Assembly: GCA_963702425.1 (NCBI GenBank)
Contig: CAVPCQ010000011.1
Location: forward strand, 224,001-288,000
DNA: 64,000 bases
Reading direction: 5' to 3'
Origin: an uncultured Acidobacteriota bacterium
GTDB taxonomy: Bacteria; Acidobacteriota; Polarisedimenticolia; J045
Shown here: piece by piece, positions 31,039 through 41,314 of the stretch
How positions within the stretch are numbered: the stretch's first letter is position 1
How the letters are laid out: each line of letters starts with the position of its first letter
The notes under the pieces: generated by a model
Database searches by the model: none
Seen by the model: the letters and a program-made list of their open reading frames with translations, nothing else
What the model was told of the DNA's origin: nothing
Translations under genes and position numbers: made by a program

Positions 31039-31843
31039 CGGGTCGCGCTCCTGGCGCAGGACGATGGGCTGGCTTTCCCGTCCGCGCGAACCAGAGCCTG
31101 AGGACCGCGGCCACAACTGCGAGCGAGGTCAGAACCGCCACTCGCCTCCGCCACCCCGTCGGCGCGTCTCCCCTGACACTCTCCATGCACAATCGCAGAA
31201 CCGAATAGTCGCCGACGAACACGATGGCTGGAACTCCCGTCGGCTGCGACACGCGGGCGACACGCGGGCCCCCGCAACGAACACGAGCAGAAACGCGCAC
31301 CCCACCATTTCCTAGAGCGGGACTGGATGTAGCCCGGCGGGCCCGACCGCGATCCCGGCGGGGCTCAGAGCCTCGAATCGCATCGCCCAGGACAGGCTGC
31401 ATGGAGACACCGAAGCAGCATCCATGAAGGAAGCAGCCAAGCCGTCCGAGAATCTGCGCGAGCAGCATCGGGATCGCGGCGCTGTCGACGACCAGCGCTA
31501 CCCTCAATCCCAGAAGCCGCGAAGCGGCGGCCGCAACGCAACGCGCTCCGAGTCCGAATCCGAGAACGGAGTAGCCGCCGCCCTTCAGGCTTCCCGCATG
31601 ATCCAGCGACTGCGGCAAGCTCCACCCGAGAAACAGGAACGCCGCAGTAATCCGCGCCACGACGAGCCCGCCGATCATCCCGGAGAACAGAAGGACGACT
31701 CTGTTCCACGCCGAGACCTGACCGGGCGCGAACCAGTGGAACCATTCGACGCTCAGTACCAGTCCAATCAGCAGATCGTACGCCGAATCCGCTTCACTGG
31801 AGAGCGTACCGGGGAGACTCTGTACGTCCTTGCCTGATCGTGA
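31039..31843 (-). pseudogene. Decayed prolipoprotein diacylglyceryl transferase (Lgt)-like gene
   Basis: GRLGCFLHGCCFG, then a frameshift to PCSLSWAMRF...LHPVPL*EM (stop where HPxxLYE has Tyr), then [14 protein letters not shown]. Confidence 0.8.
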
Positions 31844-32013
31844 CTAGTCCAACCACGCGAGCGAAATGACTTCTCCGCTGACGATCCTAGTGACGGGGTT
31901 CATTGTCCCCGTGAAAACGAGTTTCGCCCGCGCTGGAGCGCTACTCGGGTAGTACGTATTCGTGAGGTTCACGAAGTGCTCAGTGCCGACAGGGTTCGCT
32001 GACTTCGTTTCAT
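31844..32013 (-). pseudogene. Gene remnant (ATGA-coupled start, out-of-frame C-terminal fragment)
   Basis: ATG at 32013 overlaps the upstream stop but closes after 14 codons; another frame reads PVGTEHFVNLTNTYYPSSAPARAKLVFTGTMNPVTRIVSGEVISLAWLD-stop. Confidence 0.45.
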
Positions 32014-32687
32014 CTCGCGTCCTCCCCTGCAGTCACTCGGTAGCTTCTCTCATGGAGCAAGCCGACTTGGATCAGAGCCACGCGGCCTGACCGGTCGAAT
32101 ACGAACAGCGTAGGGAACGACGCCAGGTAGATCATCTCTCCCTGCATCGGGGTTTCGACAAACAGCACCTGCTCCGGGGCACTGCGGAGCAGGTGCTCGT
32201 GACTCGCCGTGAATCGGGCTCTTTTCGGAAGGACTGGATAGACCGGCTTCCCTTCGAATCTCCATCCCTTTTCCACAACCTCGCGCTTCCACGCCTCCGG
32301 GATGTCGCCGTGGCTCATGAACAGTAGGCCGATGCCGTCTCGGTCGCCGATCAAGTCACGAACGGAGGTCGAGGAGCCGCCCTCGGCGAGCAGGCCGGGC
32401 ACGACCCCTTCTCGGCCGACCATCGCCCCGAGTTTCTCCTTCTCCAACCGCAATCTCCCTTCGGGGTCGCGTGCCGCAATGACCGCCTCGAGGTCGGAGG
32501 GAATCGTGGGCCGCTCGGCCTCTCGCGCACACGCGCCGACGAGAAGGCAGCCGGGATAGAGGAGCAGCTGCAGCGCGGCGCGTCGGCAGACAACTCTCGT
32601 ACGCGCGGTGCGGGACCGCCATGGCCAGGCGAGACCGGTTCCGGCGCGAGAGCCATGGATCACGGCACGAGCCTCGTCTTTCAGCAT
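32010..32687 (-). CDS. Putative lipoprotein with thioredoxin-like C-terminus lacking CxxC
   Basis: LLVGAC lipobox-like sequence; FPTLFVFDRSGRV resembles the TlpA/Trx cis-Pro strand; start uncertain. Confidence 0.55.
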   Translation of the reverse strand: MLKDEARAVIHGSRAGTGLAWPWRSRTARTRVVCRRAALQLLLYPGCLLVGACAREAERPTIPSDLEAVIAARDPEGRLRLEKEKLGAMVGREGVVPGLLAEGGSSTSVRDLIGDRDGIGLLFMSHGDIPEAWKREVVEKGWRFEGKPVYPVLPKRARFTASHEHLLRSAPEQVLFVETPMQGEMIYLASFPTLFVFDRSGRVALIQVGLLHERSYRVTAGEDAR

Positions 32688-32746
32688 GCCCCCCCGCCCT
32701 CGGTGTCTCGTCAAGGTTAGATGCAGGAATCGTCCCAGAGGGAGCA

Positions 32747-33367
32747 CTAACTTCCAACCCTGCCTGTGTTTCTCCCCGTCGTGCTGGCTGGGACGCGGCG
32801 ATACGGCAGGTCGGAACCGTTCACGATCTCGGTTCCGCTCGCGATGCGCTCGAGCACGCCATCGGCGACCGTGTGAGTAACACGGAGTATCCCGTAGCTG
32901 TAGCTCGCAATTGCCAATCCCGACGCCATCGTCACGGACGCGGCTCCGAATTGACGACCCAGCCAGAAGAAGTCGCTCCCACCCGACGCCAGTCCTCCAA
33001 CGCTGTTGTAGGCGGTATTGATGAGGGGGGACAGCATCATGACGACGAGCACATTCACGAAGAGCCACCGCCGGTTCGGCGGAATCCGGAATGCCCAGAC
33101 ATACCCGGCGGCGAAGACGAGCGCATCGCCGAGGTAGGGCGCGGCGAAGGTGAGCCCGTCGATCTGACCGCCTTGGAGCTGGACGAACCCCCACCCTCGG
33201 TCTGATGGCAGGATGGAGAACTCGCCGATCCGTCCTCCTTGCGCGAGGCCCACGAGGAGATGGCTGCCCTCGTGGCGGAGAGTACCAAGTACGAGGTAGA
33301 CGGGACTCGCAAGGACCCACCACAGATCCCCGGCGCGGAGCGCCCATCCCCGAATCCGAGGGGTCAC
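32747..33367 (-). CDS. M50-like membrane metallopeptidase
   Basis: TLRHEGSHLL (HExxH in a hydrophobic segment), AAPY, N...GGSD; start uncertain. Confidence 0.7.
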   Translation of the reverse strand: MTPRIRGWALRAGDLWWVLASPVYLVLGTLRHEGSHLLVGLAQGGRIGEFSILPSDRGWGFVQLQGGQIDGLTFAAPYLGDALVFAAGYVWAFRIPPNRRWLFVNVLVVMMLSPLINTAYNSVGGLASGGSDFFWLGRQFGAASVTMASGLAIASYSYGILRVTHTVADGVLERIASGTEIVNGSDLPYRRVPASTTGRNTGRVGS

Positions 33368-33442
33368 GCACTCACCCGCGGCCCGACTGAGCGGATCTGC
33401 GGGCCATCGGCGCTCTCGCCCTCGAAGCGGCGACGGCACCAA

Positions 33443-36331
33443 CTACCTCCGGCCCGCGGCCCGCGGGGCCGCGCGGCGCGCCCGCGGAGGTTCGGAAGCT
33501 GTTTCGTCCCGCCCCGCCGCCAGCGCCCGCTTCAGGTACGACCCCGTCGCCGAGCCCGCCTCCCGCGCGACCTCCTCCGGCGACCCCTCGGCGATGATCC
33601 GCCCGCCTTCGTTCCCGCCTTCCGGCCCGAGGTCGACCAGGTAGTCCGCGGTCTTGATCACGTCGAGGTTGTGCTCGATCACGACGATCGTGTTCCCCTC
33701 GCCGCGCAGGCGCATCAGGACGTCGATCAGCTTCTTGACGTCCTCGAAGTGCAGGCCGGTCGTCGGCTCGTCGAGGATGTAGAGCGTCCGGCCGGTCGAG
33801 CGGCGCGACAGCTCCTTGCCGAGCTTGACGCGCTGCGCCTCGCCGCCGGAGAGGGTCGTCGCCTGCTGGCCGAGGCGCACGTAGCCGAGGCCGACGTCGT
33901 AGATCGTCTGCAGCTTGTGGGCCACGACCGGGACGTTCCGGAAGAACTCGAGCGCCTGGTGGACCGTCATGTCGAGCACGTCGGCGATCGACTTCCCCTT
34001 CCAGAGGATCTCCAGCGTCTCGCGGTTGTAGCGCTTGCCCTTGCAGATGTCGCAGGTCACGAAGACGTCGGGCAGGAAGTGCATCTCGATCCGGATCACG
34101 CCGCAGCCTTCGCAGGCTTCGCAGCGGCCGCGCTTGACGTTGAACGAGAAGCGGCCCGGGGTGTAGCCCCGGGCCCGCGCCTCGGGCACCTGCGCGAACA
34201 GCTCGCGCAGCGGCGCGAACAGCCCGACGTAGGTCGCGGGGTTGCTGCGCGGCGTGCGGCCGATCGGCGACTGGTCGATGTCGATCACCTTGTCGAAGTG
34301 GTCGAGCCCGGTGATCGTGTCGTGGTCCCCCGGCTTCTCCGCTCCGAAGCCGAAGTGCTTGACCAGCGCCGGGAACAGGGTGTGGTTGACGAGCGTCGAC
34401 TTCCCCGAGCCCGAGACCCCGGTCACGCAGGTGAAGAGTCCGACCGGGAAGCGCGCGTCGACCGACTTGAGGTTGTGCTGCCGCGCCCCCTTGACGGTCA
34501 GCCAGCGGCCGTCGGGCTTCAGCCGCTCGGGCGGCACCTCGATCCGGCGCCGGCCGGAGAGGTACTGCCCGGTCAGCGAGCGCTTGCTGGCGGCGATCAC
34601 CTCGGGCGTCCCCTCGGCGACGACTTCCCCGCCCAGCTCCCCCGCCCCCGGCCCGAGGTCGACGACGTGGTCGGCGGCGCGGATCGTTTCCTCGTCGTGC
34701 TCGACGACGATCACGGTGTTGCCGAGATCGCGCATCGCCGAGAGCGTGTCGAGCAGCTTGCGGTTGTCGCGCTGGTGCAGCCCGATCGACGGCTCGTCCA
34801 GCACGTACATCACGCCCGTCAGGCGCGAGCCGATCTGCGTCGCCAGCCGGATCCGCTGCCCTTCCCCGCCCGACAGCGTCGCCGCCGAGCGGTCGAGCGT
34901 CAGGTAGCCCAGGCCGACGTTGACCAGGAACCCCAGCCGCTCCTTGATCTCCTTCAGCACCAGCCGCGCGATCTCGCGCTCGCGCGGGGTCAGCGCCAAC
35001 CCGTCGAAGTACTGCTGGGCGTCGCGCACGGTGAAGGCCGTCGCCTCGGCGATGTTCTTCTCGCCGATCGTGACCGCCAGCGTCTCCTTCTTGAGGCGCG
35101 CGCCGCCGCAGGCCTGGCAGGGCGAGGAGGACATGTACTCCTCCAGCTCCTCGCGCACCTGGTCGGACGAGGTCTCCTTCAGCTTGCGGTCGAGCCGCGG
35201 GATGATCCCCTCGAAGTTGCGGCGGATCGTGTACTTCGAGCGGTCCCCCTCGAAGATGAACTCGTACTCCGTCGTCCCCGAGCCGTACATGATGACCCGC
35301 CGGACCTTGAGCGGGATGTCGCGCCAGGCGGTGTTGGCCGGCACCCGGTGGGCGCGCAGGACGGAGGCCAGCATCTCCTTCATGTAGGACGACTCGATCC
35401 CGCCCCAGACGTCGGTGGCCCCGCCGGTGATCGGCGCGTCCGGCTCGCGGATGATCTTCTCGGGGTCGAACTCGCGGTGCACGCCGAGGCCGCCGCAGGT
35501 CTCGCAGGCGCCGTAGGGCGAGTTGAACGAGAAGGCCCGCGGCGCCAGCTCGGGCAGCGAGATCCCGCAGTCGACGCAGGCATAGTGCTCGGAGTAGAGC
35601 CGCTCGTCGGCCCCCTCCGGCACGATCCGCACCAGCCCCTCGGCGTGCTTGAGCGCGGTCTCGACCGAGTCGGTCAGCCGCTGCCGCAGCTCTTCGCGCA
35701 CCGCCAGCCGGTCGACCACGACCTCGATCGTGTGGGCCCGCTTCTTGTCCAGGTCGGGCGGCTGGTCGAGGTCGACCATCTCGCCGTCGACGCGGGCCCG
35801 CACGAACCCCTGCGCGGCGAAGCGCTCGAGGTCCTTCTTGTAGTGCCCCTTCCGGCCGCGCACCACCGGCGACAGGATCGAGACGCGCGTCTCCGCGCCC
35901 AGCGCCAGCACGTCGTCGACGATCTGCTGCACCGTCTGGCGCTCGATCGCCTTGCCGCAGCTCGGGCAGTGCGGCCGGCCGACGCGCGAGAAGAGCAGCC
36001 GCAGGTAGTCGTAGATCTCGGTCACGGTCCCGACCGTGGAGCGCGGGTTGCGGGAGGTCGTCTTCTGCTCGATCGAGATCGCCGGCGACAGTCCTTCGAT
36101 CGACTCGACCTCCGGCTTCTGCATCAGCTCGAGGAACTGCCGCGCGTAGGCCGAGAGCGATTCGACGTAGCGCCGCTGTCCCTCGGCGTAGATCGTGTCG
36201 AAGGCCAGCGACGACTTGCCCGACCCCGAGACCCCGGTGATGACCACCAGCTTGTGGCGCGGGATCTCGACGTCGATCTTCTTGAGGTTGTGCTCCGCGG
36301 CGCCGCGGACCACGATGTTGTCGGATATCAA
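33443..36331 (-). CDS. uvrA: Excinuclease ABC subunit A
   Basis: Two GVSGSGKS Walker A motifs, zinc fingers, LSGGE signatures; TTG start at 36331 with GGAGG RBS. Confidence 0.98.
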   Translation of the reverse strand: MISDNIVVRGAAEHNLKKIDVEIPRHKLVVITGVSGSGKSSLAFDTIYAEGQRRYVESLSAYARQFLELMQKPEVESIEGLSPAISIEQKTTSRNPRSTVGTVTEIYDYLRLLFSRVGRPHCPSCGKAIERQTVQQIVDDVLALGAETRVSILSPVVRGRKGHYKKDLERFAAQGFVRARVDGEMVDLDQPPDLDKKRAHTIEVVVDRLAVREELRQRLTDSVETALKHAEGLVRIVPEGADERLYSEHYACVDCGISLPELAPRAFSFNSPYGACETCGGLGVHREFDPEKIIREPDAPITGGATDVWGGIESSYMKEMLASVLRAHRVPANTAWRDIPLKVRRVIMYGSGTTEYEFIFEGDRSKYTIRRNFEGIIPRLDRKLKETSSDQVREELEEYMSSSPCQACGGARLKKETLAVTIGEKNIAEATAFTVRDAQQYFDGLALTPREREIARLVLKEIKERLGFLVNVGLGYLTLDRSAATLSGGEGQRIRLATQIGSRLTGVMYVLDEPSIGLHQRDNRKLLDTLSAMRDLGNTVIVVEHDEETIRAADHVVDLGPGAGELGGEVVAEGTPEVIAASKRSLTGQYLSGRRRIEVPPERLKPDGRWLTVKGARQHNLKSVDARFPVGLFTCVTGVSGSGKSTLVNHTLFPALVKHFGFGAEKPGDHDTITGLDHFDKVIDIDQSPIGRTPRSNPATYVGLFAPLRELFAQVPEARARGYTPGRFSFNVKRGRCEACEGCGVIRIEMHFLPDVFVTCDICKGKRYNRETLEILWKGKSIADVLDMTVHQALEFFRNVPVVAHKLQTIYDVGLGYVRLGQQATTLSGGEAQRVKLGKELSRRSTGRTLYILDEPTTGLHFEDVKKLIDVLMRLRGEGNTIVVIEHNLDVIKTADYLVDLGPEGGNEGGRIIAEGSPEEVAREAGSATGSYLKRALAAGRDETASEPPRARRAAPRAAGRR
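33507..33674. repeat. 168-bp direct repeat, copy 2 (inside uvrA)
   Basis: Matches 30871-31038. Confidence 0.95.
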
Positions 36332-36447
36332 GGACCGATCCTCCGGCGGGAAGCTGGCGAGTGTATCCCGCGCTGGGGGGAAAGGCACGATCCGGGGTCC
36401 GCGCGGAGCCGTCGCGCGGGGTAAACTCCCTGGCCCGGAGGAACTCG

Positions 36448-37119
36448 ATGTACCCCGCCCCTTCCCGCTGCCCGCGCGCCGCCGCGGCGGTCCCGGCCGC
36501 GCTCGCCGCCGCCGCGCTGCTCGCGGCCGCCGGCTGCGCCAGCCTGAAGACCCCCACCGGCCCCTGGACGCTCCAGGCGACCGACCCGTCCGGCGCTCCC
36601 CTCCCCGGGGGCGTGCAGAGCTACGGCGCGGAGGGGGTTGCGCTCGAGATCAAGCCGGTCACCGACGCGGAACGCACCACCTTTCTGACGACGCGCGCCG
36701 GCGCGGGGAGCGACGCCTTCGCGGGCGGCATCAAGAAGTTCCTCGCTTTCCACCTCGCGGTCGCCGCCCCGGGAGCGGTGCCGGTCCACATCGAGACGCA
36801 GTCGATCCGGCTGCTCCCCAACGGCGGCAGCGCGATGCTCCCACCGCTCGACTACACGCGCGCTTTCGAGTTGCTGCGCCCCGAGCGCGGCACCCTGCCC
36901 GCCGAGGGGATGGTCGAGACGCTGATGCGCGGCGTCTTCGACGGCCCGATCGACCTGGCCGCCGGCCACTCGGTCGAGGGGCTGCTGATCTTCGTCGAGC
37001 CGGAGGGCTCGTGGGAGATCCTCTTCCTCGACGTCCCCTTCATCCAGTCCGGCGCGAACACGGGCCGCAGCCGCTTCTTCTTCCAGAAGAAGTACGAAGG
37101 CGAGACGACACCGAAATGA
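36448..37119 (+). CDS. Hypothetical lipoprotein
   Basis: GGAGG RBS, LLAAAGC lipobox; ATGA-coupled to folD. Confidence 0.7.
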   Translation: MYPAPSRCPRAAAAVPAALAAAALLAAAGCASLKTPTGPWTLQATDPSGAPLPGGVQSYGAEGVALEIKPVTDAERTTFLTTRAGAGSDAFAGGIKKFLAFHLAVAAPGAVPVHIETQSIRLLPNGGSAMLPPLDYTRAFELLRPERGTLPAEGMVETLMRGVFDGPIDLAAGHSVEGLLIFVEPEGSWEILFLDVPFIQSGANTGRSRFFFQKKYEGETTPK

Positions 37120-38048
37120 GCGCAGAGATCCTCGACGGCAACGCCCTGGCGAAGACGATCCGGGCCCGCGTGGCGGCCGACGCGGCGGCATTCCAGGCCG
37201 CGGCCGGCCGGCAGCCCGGGCTGTCGGTGATCCTGGTCGGCGACGACCCGGCGAGCGCGATCTACGTCGGCCACAAGGAGAAGGCCGCCCGCGAGGCGGG
37301 CTTCGTGTCGTCCATCGTACGCCTGCCGGCCAGCGCCACGCAGGCCGAGGTCCTGGACCTGATCGCCCGGATGGCCTCCGACCGAGCCGTCGACGGGATG
37401 CTCGTCCAGCTTCCGCTGCCGAAGCAGGTCGACCCCCTCGCGGTCCAGCGCGCAATCCCACCCGGGAAGGACGTCGACGGCTTCCACCCGGTCAACGCGG
37501 GGATGCTGCTGCTCGGCCAGAAGGGTGGTTTCGTGCCCTGCACGCCGCTCGGCGTGATGGCGCTGCTCGACGCGGCCGAGGTCCCGCTCGAGGGGGCCGA
37601 AGCGGTCGTCGTCGGGCGCTCGACGATCGTCGGGAAGCCGGTGGCGCAGCTGCTGCTCGACCGCCACGCGACCGTGACGATCGCCCACTCGCGCACGCGC
37701 GACCTGGCCGGGGTCTGCCGGCGCGCCGACGTGCTCGTCGCCGCGGTCGGTGTGCCGGGGCTGCTGCGCGGCGCGTTCGTCAAGCCGGGCGCGGCGGTGA
37801 TCGACGTCGGGATCAACCGGATCACGGACGCGGTCCAGGCCGAAGACCTGCTGGCCGGCCAGCCGGAACGGCTCGAGAAGTTCCGCAGGAACGGTCACGC
37901 GCTCGTCGGCGACGTGCACTACGGCGAGGCGAGCGCCGTCGCCGGGTGGATCACGCCGGTTCCGGGCGGCGTCGGTCCGCTGACGGTCGCGCTCCTGCTG
38001 CGCAACACGCTCGAGGGGGCGCGGCGGGCGGAAGGGCTCCCCGGATGA
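37116..38048 (+). CDS. folD: Methylenetetrahydrofolate dehydrogenase/cyclohydrolase
   Basis: [42 protein letters not shown]. Confidence 0.97.
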   Translation: MSAEILDGNALAKTIRARVAADAAAFQAAAGRQPGLSVILVGDDPASAIYVGHKEKAAREAGFVSSIVRLPASATQAEVLDLIARMASDRAVDGMLVQLPLPKQVDPLAVQRAIPPGKDVDGFHPVNAGMLLLGQKGGFVPCTPLGVMALLDAAEVPLEGAEAVVVGRSTIVGKPVAQLLLDRHATVTIAHSRTRDLAGVCRRADVLVAAVGVPGLLRGAFVKPGAAVIDVGINRITDAVQAEDLLAGQPERLEKFRRNGHALVGDVHYGEASAVAGWITPVPGGVGPLTVALLLRNTLEGARRAEGLPG

Positions 38049-38743
38049 GCCGGTTCTTTCTCGACGAGGAGGGACTGCCGCACCTGTTGCTCGTCGGCCT
38101 CACCGGCGGGATCGGGACCGGCAAGTCGACCGTCGCCGGGATGCTCCGCGAGGCCGACTGCCCGGTCGTCGACGCCGACGCGATCGTGCACCGGCTGCTC
38201 GACCCGGGCGGCGCGGCGGTCGCACCGGTGCTCGAGGCCTTCGGCGGTGGGGTGGCCGAGTCGAAGGGCGGCATCGACCGCGCAACGCTGGCCGACATCG
38301 TCTTCAAGGACGAGTCGCAGCGGAAGCGGCTCGAGGCAATCGTCCACCCGCTCGTGGTCGCCGAGAGTCGCGAGCGGATGATCGCTGCCGCGCGCGAGGC
38401 GGGGGCCGAGTTCGTCGTCTACGACGCGGCCCTGCTGGTCGAGACGGAGCGCTACCGCCAGTTCCACCGGCTGGTCGTCGTCTATGCCCGCCCCTCGGTC
38501 CAGATCCAGCGGATCATGGAGCGCGACAAGACGGGCCCCGACCGCGCCGGCGCGCGGATTCGCTCGCAGATGCCGATCGAACGCAAGGCCGCGCTGGCGG
38601 ACTACCTGGTCGACAACTCCGGCCATTGGCAGGAGACCCGCAAGCAGGTCTTCACCCTGCTGCAGCAGCTCGGGGAGGACGCCCGCCTGCTCAAGCAGGG
38701 GCTGCCGCTGCCGATCCGGCGCGTTTCCCCCTTTCTTCCGTGA
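38045..38743 (+). CDS. coaE: Dephospho-CoA kinase
   Basis: [35 protein letters not shown]. Confidence 0.95.
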   Translation: MSRFFLDEEGLPHLLLVGLTGGIGTGKSTVAGMLREADCPVVDADAIVHRLLDPGGAAVAPVLEAFGGGVAESKGGIDRATLADIVFKDESQRKRLEAIVHPLVVAESRERMIAAAREAGAEFVVYDAALLVETERYRQFHRLVVVYARPSVQIQRIMERDKTGPDRAGARIRSQMPIERKAALADYLVDNSGHWQETRKQVFTLLQQLGEDARLLKQGLPLPIRRVSPFLP

Positions 38744-38781
38744 TCCCGCAGCCCCGGGTCACCGATCCGCCGAGGACCGCC

Positions 38782-39654
38782 ATGGAATCGACCCGTTCGA
38801 CCCTGCCTGCGGCGCTCCGGCCGTACGCCGCCTCCGCCGCACTGGCGCTGCTCCTTGCCGGGAGCGCCCTCCTCGCTCCCGGCTGCCGCCCGGCCCAGCG
38901 CACCGAACCTCCCGCCAGGCCCTACCCTTCGGTCGTCGCGGAGGTTCCGCGGACCCCGGTCGTGGCCGACGCCGGCAGCCCCGGGACCTGGGAGGCGCTC
39001 GAGCAGATCGAGCCCGGCGTCCGCGCGTTCGTCGTCGGCCCGGCCGATGCCGCGCCGGCGGGAGGGGTCGTGCTCGTCTCGTCGCCCTGGGGGATCTCGC
39101 GCGAAACCCGCGACCTCGCACGCTCGCTCGCCACCCGCGGCTTCGCCGTCGTGATTCCCGACGTCCTCGAGGGGATCGAGGCGACGAGCCGCCTCGGCAT
39201 GAAGGAATTGACAGCGGGGGTCTCGCGCCCGCGCGCGCAGGCGGTGATCCTGGCGGGGCTGGCCCGGTTGCAGCGCGACCTGCCGGGAAAGCCGATCGCC
39301 CTCGTGACGCTCGGTGGCGGAGACCGGTGGGCGATTTCGCTCGCTGAAAGGGCGCAGCCGTTCGCGGCCCTCGCCTTCGACACCGCCGCCCTCGGCGACA
39401 AGGAGATCGCTTCGCTTGCGGCCGCCGGCCGACCGGTGCTGGCGCTCTTCGGCGACGAAAGCTCGGCCTACCCGCTCGAGCGGCGGATCGCGCTGGATGA
39501 GACGGCGCGGCGGGCCGGCCTCGCGCTGCAGCTCTACCCGGTCCCGGGAGCCGGCACCGAGCTGTTCGACGCGAAGGCGAGCTCGTTCTCGGCCGTGGCC
39601 TACGACGAGGCGCTCGCGCGGCTCGAGGCATTCCTGCGCGCGCCGACACCCTGA
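38782..39654 (+). CDS. Dienelactone hydrolase-like alpha/beta-fold lipoprotein, catalytic residues apparently degenerate
   Basis: LAPGC lipobox, WGIS..TRDLARSLATRGFAVVIPD, YPVPGAG; no GxCxGG and no catalytic His. Confidence 0.65.
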   Translation: MESTRSTLPAALRPYAASAALALLLAGSALLAPGCRPAQRTEPPARPYPSVVAEVPRTPVVADAGSPGTWEALEQIEPGVRAFVVGPADAAPAGGVVLVSSPWGISRETRDLARSLATRGFAVVIPDVLEGIEATSRLGMKELTAGVSRPRAQAVILAGLARLQRDLPGKPIALVTLGGGDRWAISLAERAQPFAALAFDTAALGDKEIASLAAAGRPVLALFGDESSAYPLERRIALDETARRAGLALQLYPVPGAGTELFDAKASSFSAVAYDEALARLEAFLRAPTP

Positions 39655-39664
39655 TCCAGGGCGG

Positions 39665-40072
39665 TCAGGCGAGCGAGGATTCGTTTTCCTGCTCGAGCAG
39701 CGAGAACTCGGGCACCCGGCGGTGGAGTGCCGTGGCCAGGGGCGAGCCGCAGTGCTCACCGAGGAAGCGCACGACCTCGACCACGAACGGTCCCGCGACC
39801 GCGTACGGGACGCCGGCGGCCGCGACGCGCCGCTTGATCGCCTCGGCGCCGCGCGCCGCGGTCAGGCCGCTCGCGCCGGGGGCGTCGGAGACGACGCGCC
39901 ACGCTTCCGGGACCCACGAAGCGAGCGAGATCTCGACCGGCCGGGGCAGCCGCCCCCGGATCGCCGCGACCAGCGCGACGAGCCCCTTGCTCACCACTTC
40001 TTCGTCCAGGCCGAAGCGCGCGACCAGGTCTGCGCGGAGTTGCTGGGCCCGGTGCGAGCCCGTGATCCTCAT
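39665..40072 (-). CDS. Hypothetical helical protein (DUF2267/DUF2780-like pattern)
   Basis: Coding-like ORF with G-rich RBS; amphipathic helices. Confidence 0.6.
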   Translation of the reverse strand: MRITGSHRAQQLRADLVARFGLDEEVVSKGLVALVAAIRGRLPRPVEISLASWVPEAWRVVSDAPGASGLTAARGAEAIKRRVAAAGVPYAVAGPFVVEVVRFLGEHCGSPLATALHRRVPEFSLLEQENESSLA

Positions 40073-40100
40073 CGCCGTTTCCCCCCTCCGGCTGCAGGCG

Positions 40101-40520
40101 TCAGAGTTCGGCGCGCCACAGCCCCGGCTCGGAACGCCCGCCGACTCCCGGTACGGCCTGCTCCGGCACGTACTTCAGTTGGAACCTGGGCCCCCACTCG
40201 TCGAGCGAGTTCCAGGCGTCCGCGCCGTAGCGCCGCCGCACGTGGTCGTCGATCACCGCGAAGGCCGTGAACACTTCTTCCACCGTCAGTCCGGCCGAGA
40301 GCGTGGCGCTCCAGAGGCTCCTGAGCGCGGGGCAGCCCGGCGCGATCGACTGCCACGCGGTCATGGGATACGCCGCCACGGTCCGGGCGACGTCCTTATC
40401 GACTTCGCGGAGGAGCACCTTGAGCAGCCGCGAGACGGCGTCGCGGACCACCGGGGCCGGGCGCCCGACGAGCCGGGTGAGTTCCTCGAGCAGGTCTTCT
40501 TGAAACGGCTGGTGGACCAT
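40101..40520 (-). CDS. Hypothetical helical protein, possible distant paralogue of the downstream gene
   Basis: GAGGAG RBS; similar length and helix pattern. Confidence 0.6.
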   Translation of the reverse strand: MVHQPFQEDLLEELTRLVGRPAPVVRDAVSRLLKVLLREVDKDVARTVAAYPMTAWQSIAPGCPALRSLWSATLSAGLTVEEVFTAFAVIDDHVRRRYGADAWNSLDEWGPRFQLKYVPEQAVPGVGGRSEPGLWRAEL

Positions 40521-40583
40521 CGGTGGCTCCTCGGGCCCGGTTCCGGAGCGAAGGCTCCGATGCGGGCCGCCGCACAGCCGTAC

Positions 40584-40630
40584 TGCAATCTGCGTGCTGT
40601 AGATTAAGTTATTGTAAATAATGGATTTAG
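40584..40630 (-). promoter_or_regulatory. Sigma54-like promoter with adjacent AT-rich IHF-like site
   Basis: Minus strand CAGCACG-CAGA-TTGCA (one mismatch in the -24 GG); TAAGTTATTGTAA at 40605-40617 resembles the IHF site TAANNNNTTGATW. Confidence 0.5.
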
Positions 40631-40750
40631 TGGATCAGAGCGGAATCCGGGACAGGCCCGGCGTCCGGTTGCCGGACAGGCTGTCCCGAGGTGTCCGGCC
40701 GATCGGGGTGGAGCCGGGCCGTCGGGACCCGGCGACCACCCCGTCCCCGG

Positions 40751-41314
40751 TCACTCGGCCGCGAGCAGCTCCCGGGCCGTAAAGAGCGCCTCGACGGCGA
40801 GCCCCTGGGCCTCGAGGTTCTCGCGACCCCCCTCCTGCCGGTCCACGAGCGCCACGAGGCCGGCGACCGGCAGCCCGGCCTCGCGACAGGCCTCCAGGGC
40901 GACCAGCGAGCTGCCGCCGGTCGTGATCACATCCTCGACGATCACCACCGCCGAGCCGGCCGGGGGTGCCCCCTCGATCCGCTGCCCGGTCCCGTGGCTC
41001 TTGGCCTCCTTGCGGACCAGGAAAGCCGAGACGGGGGTGCCCTGGAGGTGGGAGACCACCGCGGTCGCGGCCGCGATCGGGTCCGCCCCGAGGCTCAGCC
41101 CGCCGACCGCCACCGCTTTCCAGCCGCGCCGGGCGATGGCCGCGAGAACCTCGACCCCGACCAGGTAAGCCCCCTCCGGGTGGAGGGTCGTCCGCCGGCA
41201 ATCCAGGTAGTAATCCGAGGTCCGGCCCGAGGCGAGCACGAAATGCCCCCTCCGGATCGACTCCCGGCGCAGGATCCCCGCCAGGCGGTCCCTCGATTCG
41301 CCGCTTTTCGCCAT
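40751..41314 (-). CDS. pyrE: Orotate phosphoribosyltransferase
   Basis: FVLASGRTSDYYLD, VRKEAKSHG, IVEDVITTGGS, VDRQEGG. Confidence 0.96.
   Translation of the reverse strand: MAKSGESRDRLAGILRRESIRRGHFVLASGRTSDYYLDCRRTTLHPEGAYLVGVEVLAAIARRGWKAVAVGGLSLGADPIAAATAVVSHLQGTPVSAFLVRKEAKSHGTGQRIEGAPPAGSAVVIVEDVITTGGSSLVALEACREAGLPVAGLVALVDRQEGGRENLEAQGLAVEALFTARELLAAE

Larger units (their letters stand above)
31039..33506 (-). mobile_element. Lower-GC cassette inserted at the uvrA 3' end, no integrase visible
   Basis: Flanked by direct repeats; lower GC (line 31861-31920 is 32/60 G+C); decayed cargo genes. Confidence 0.75.
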
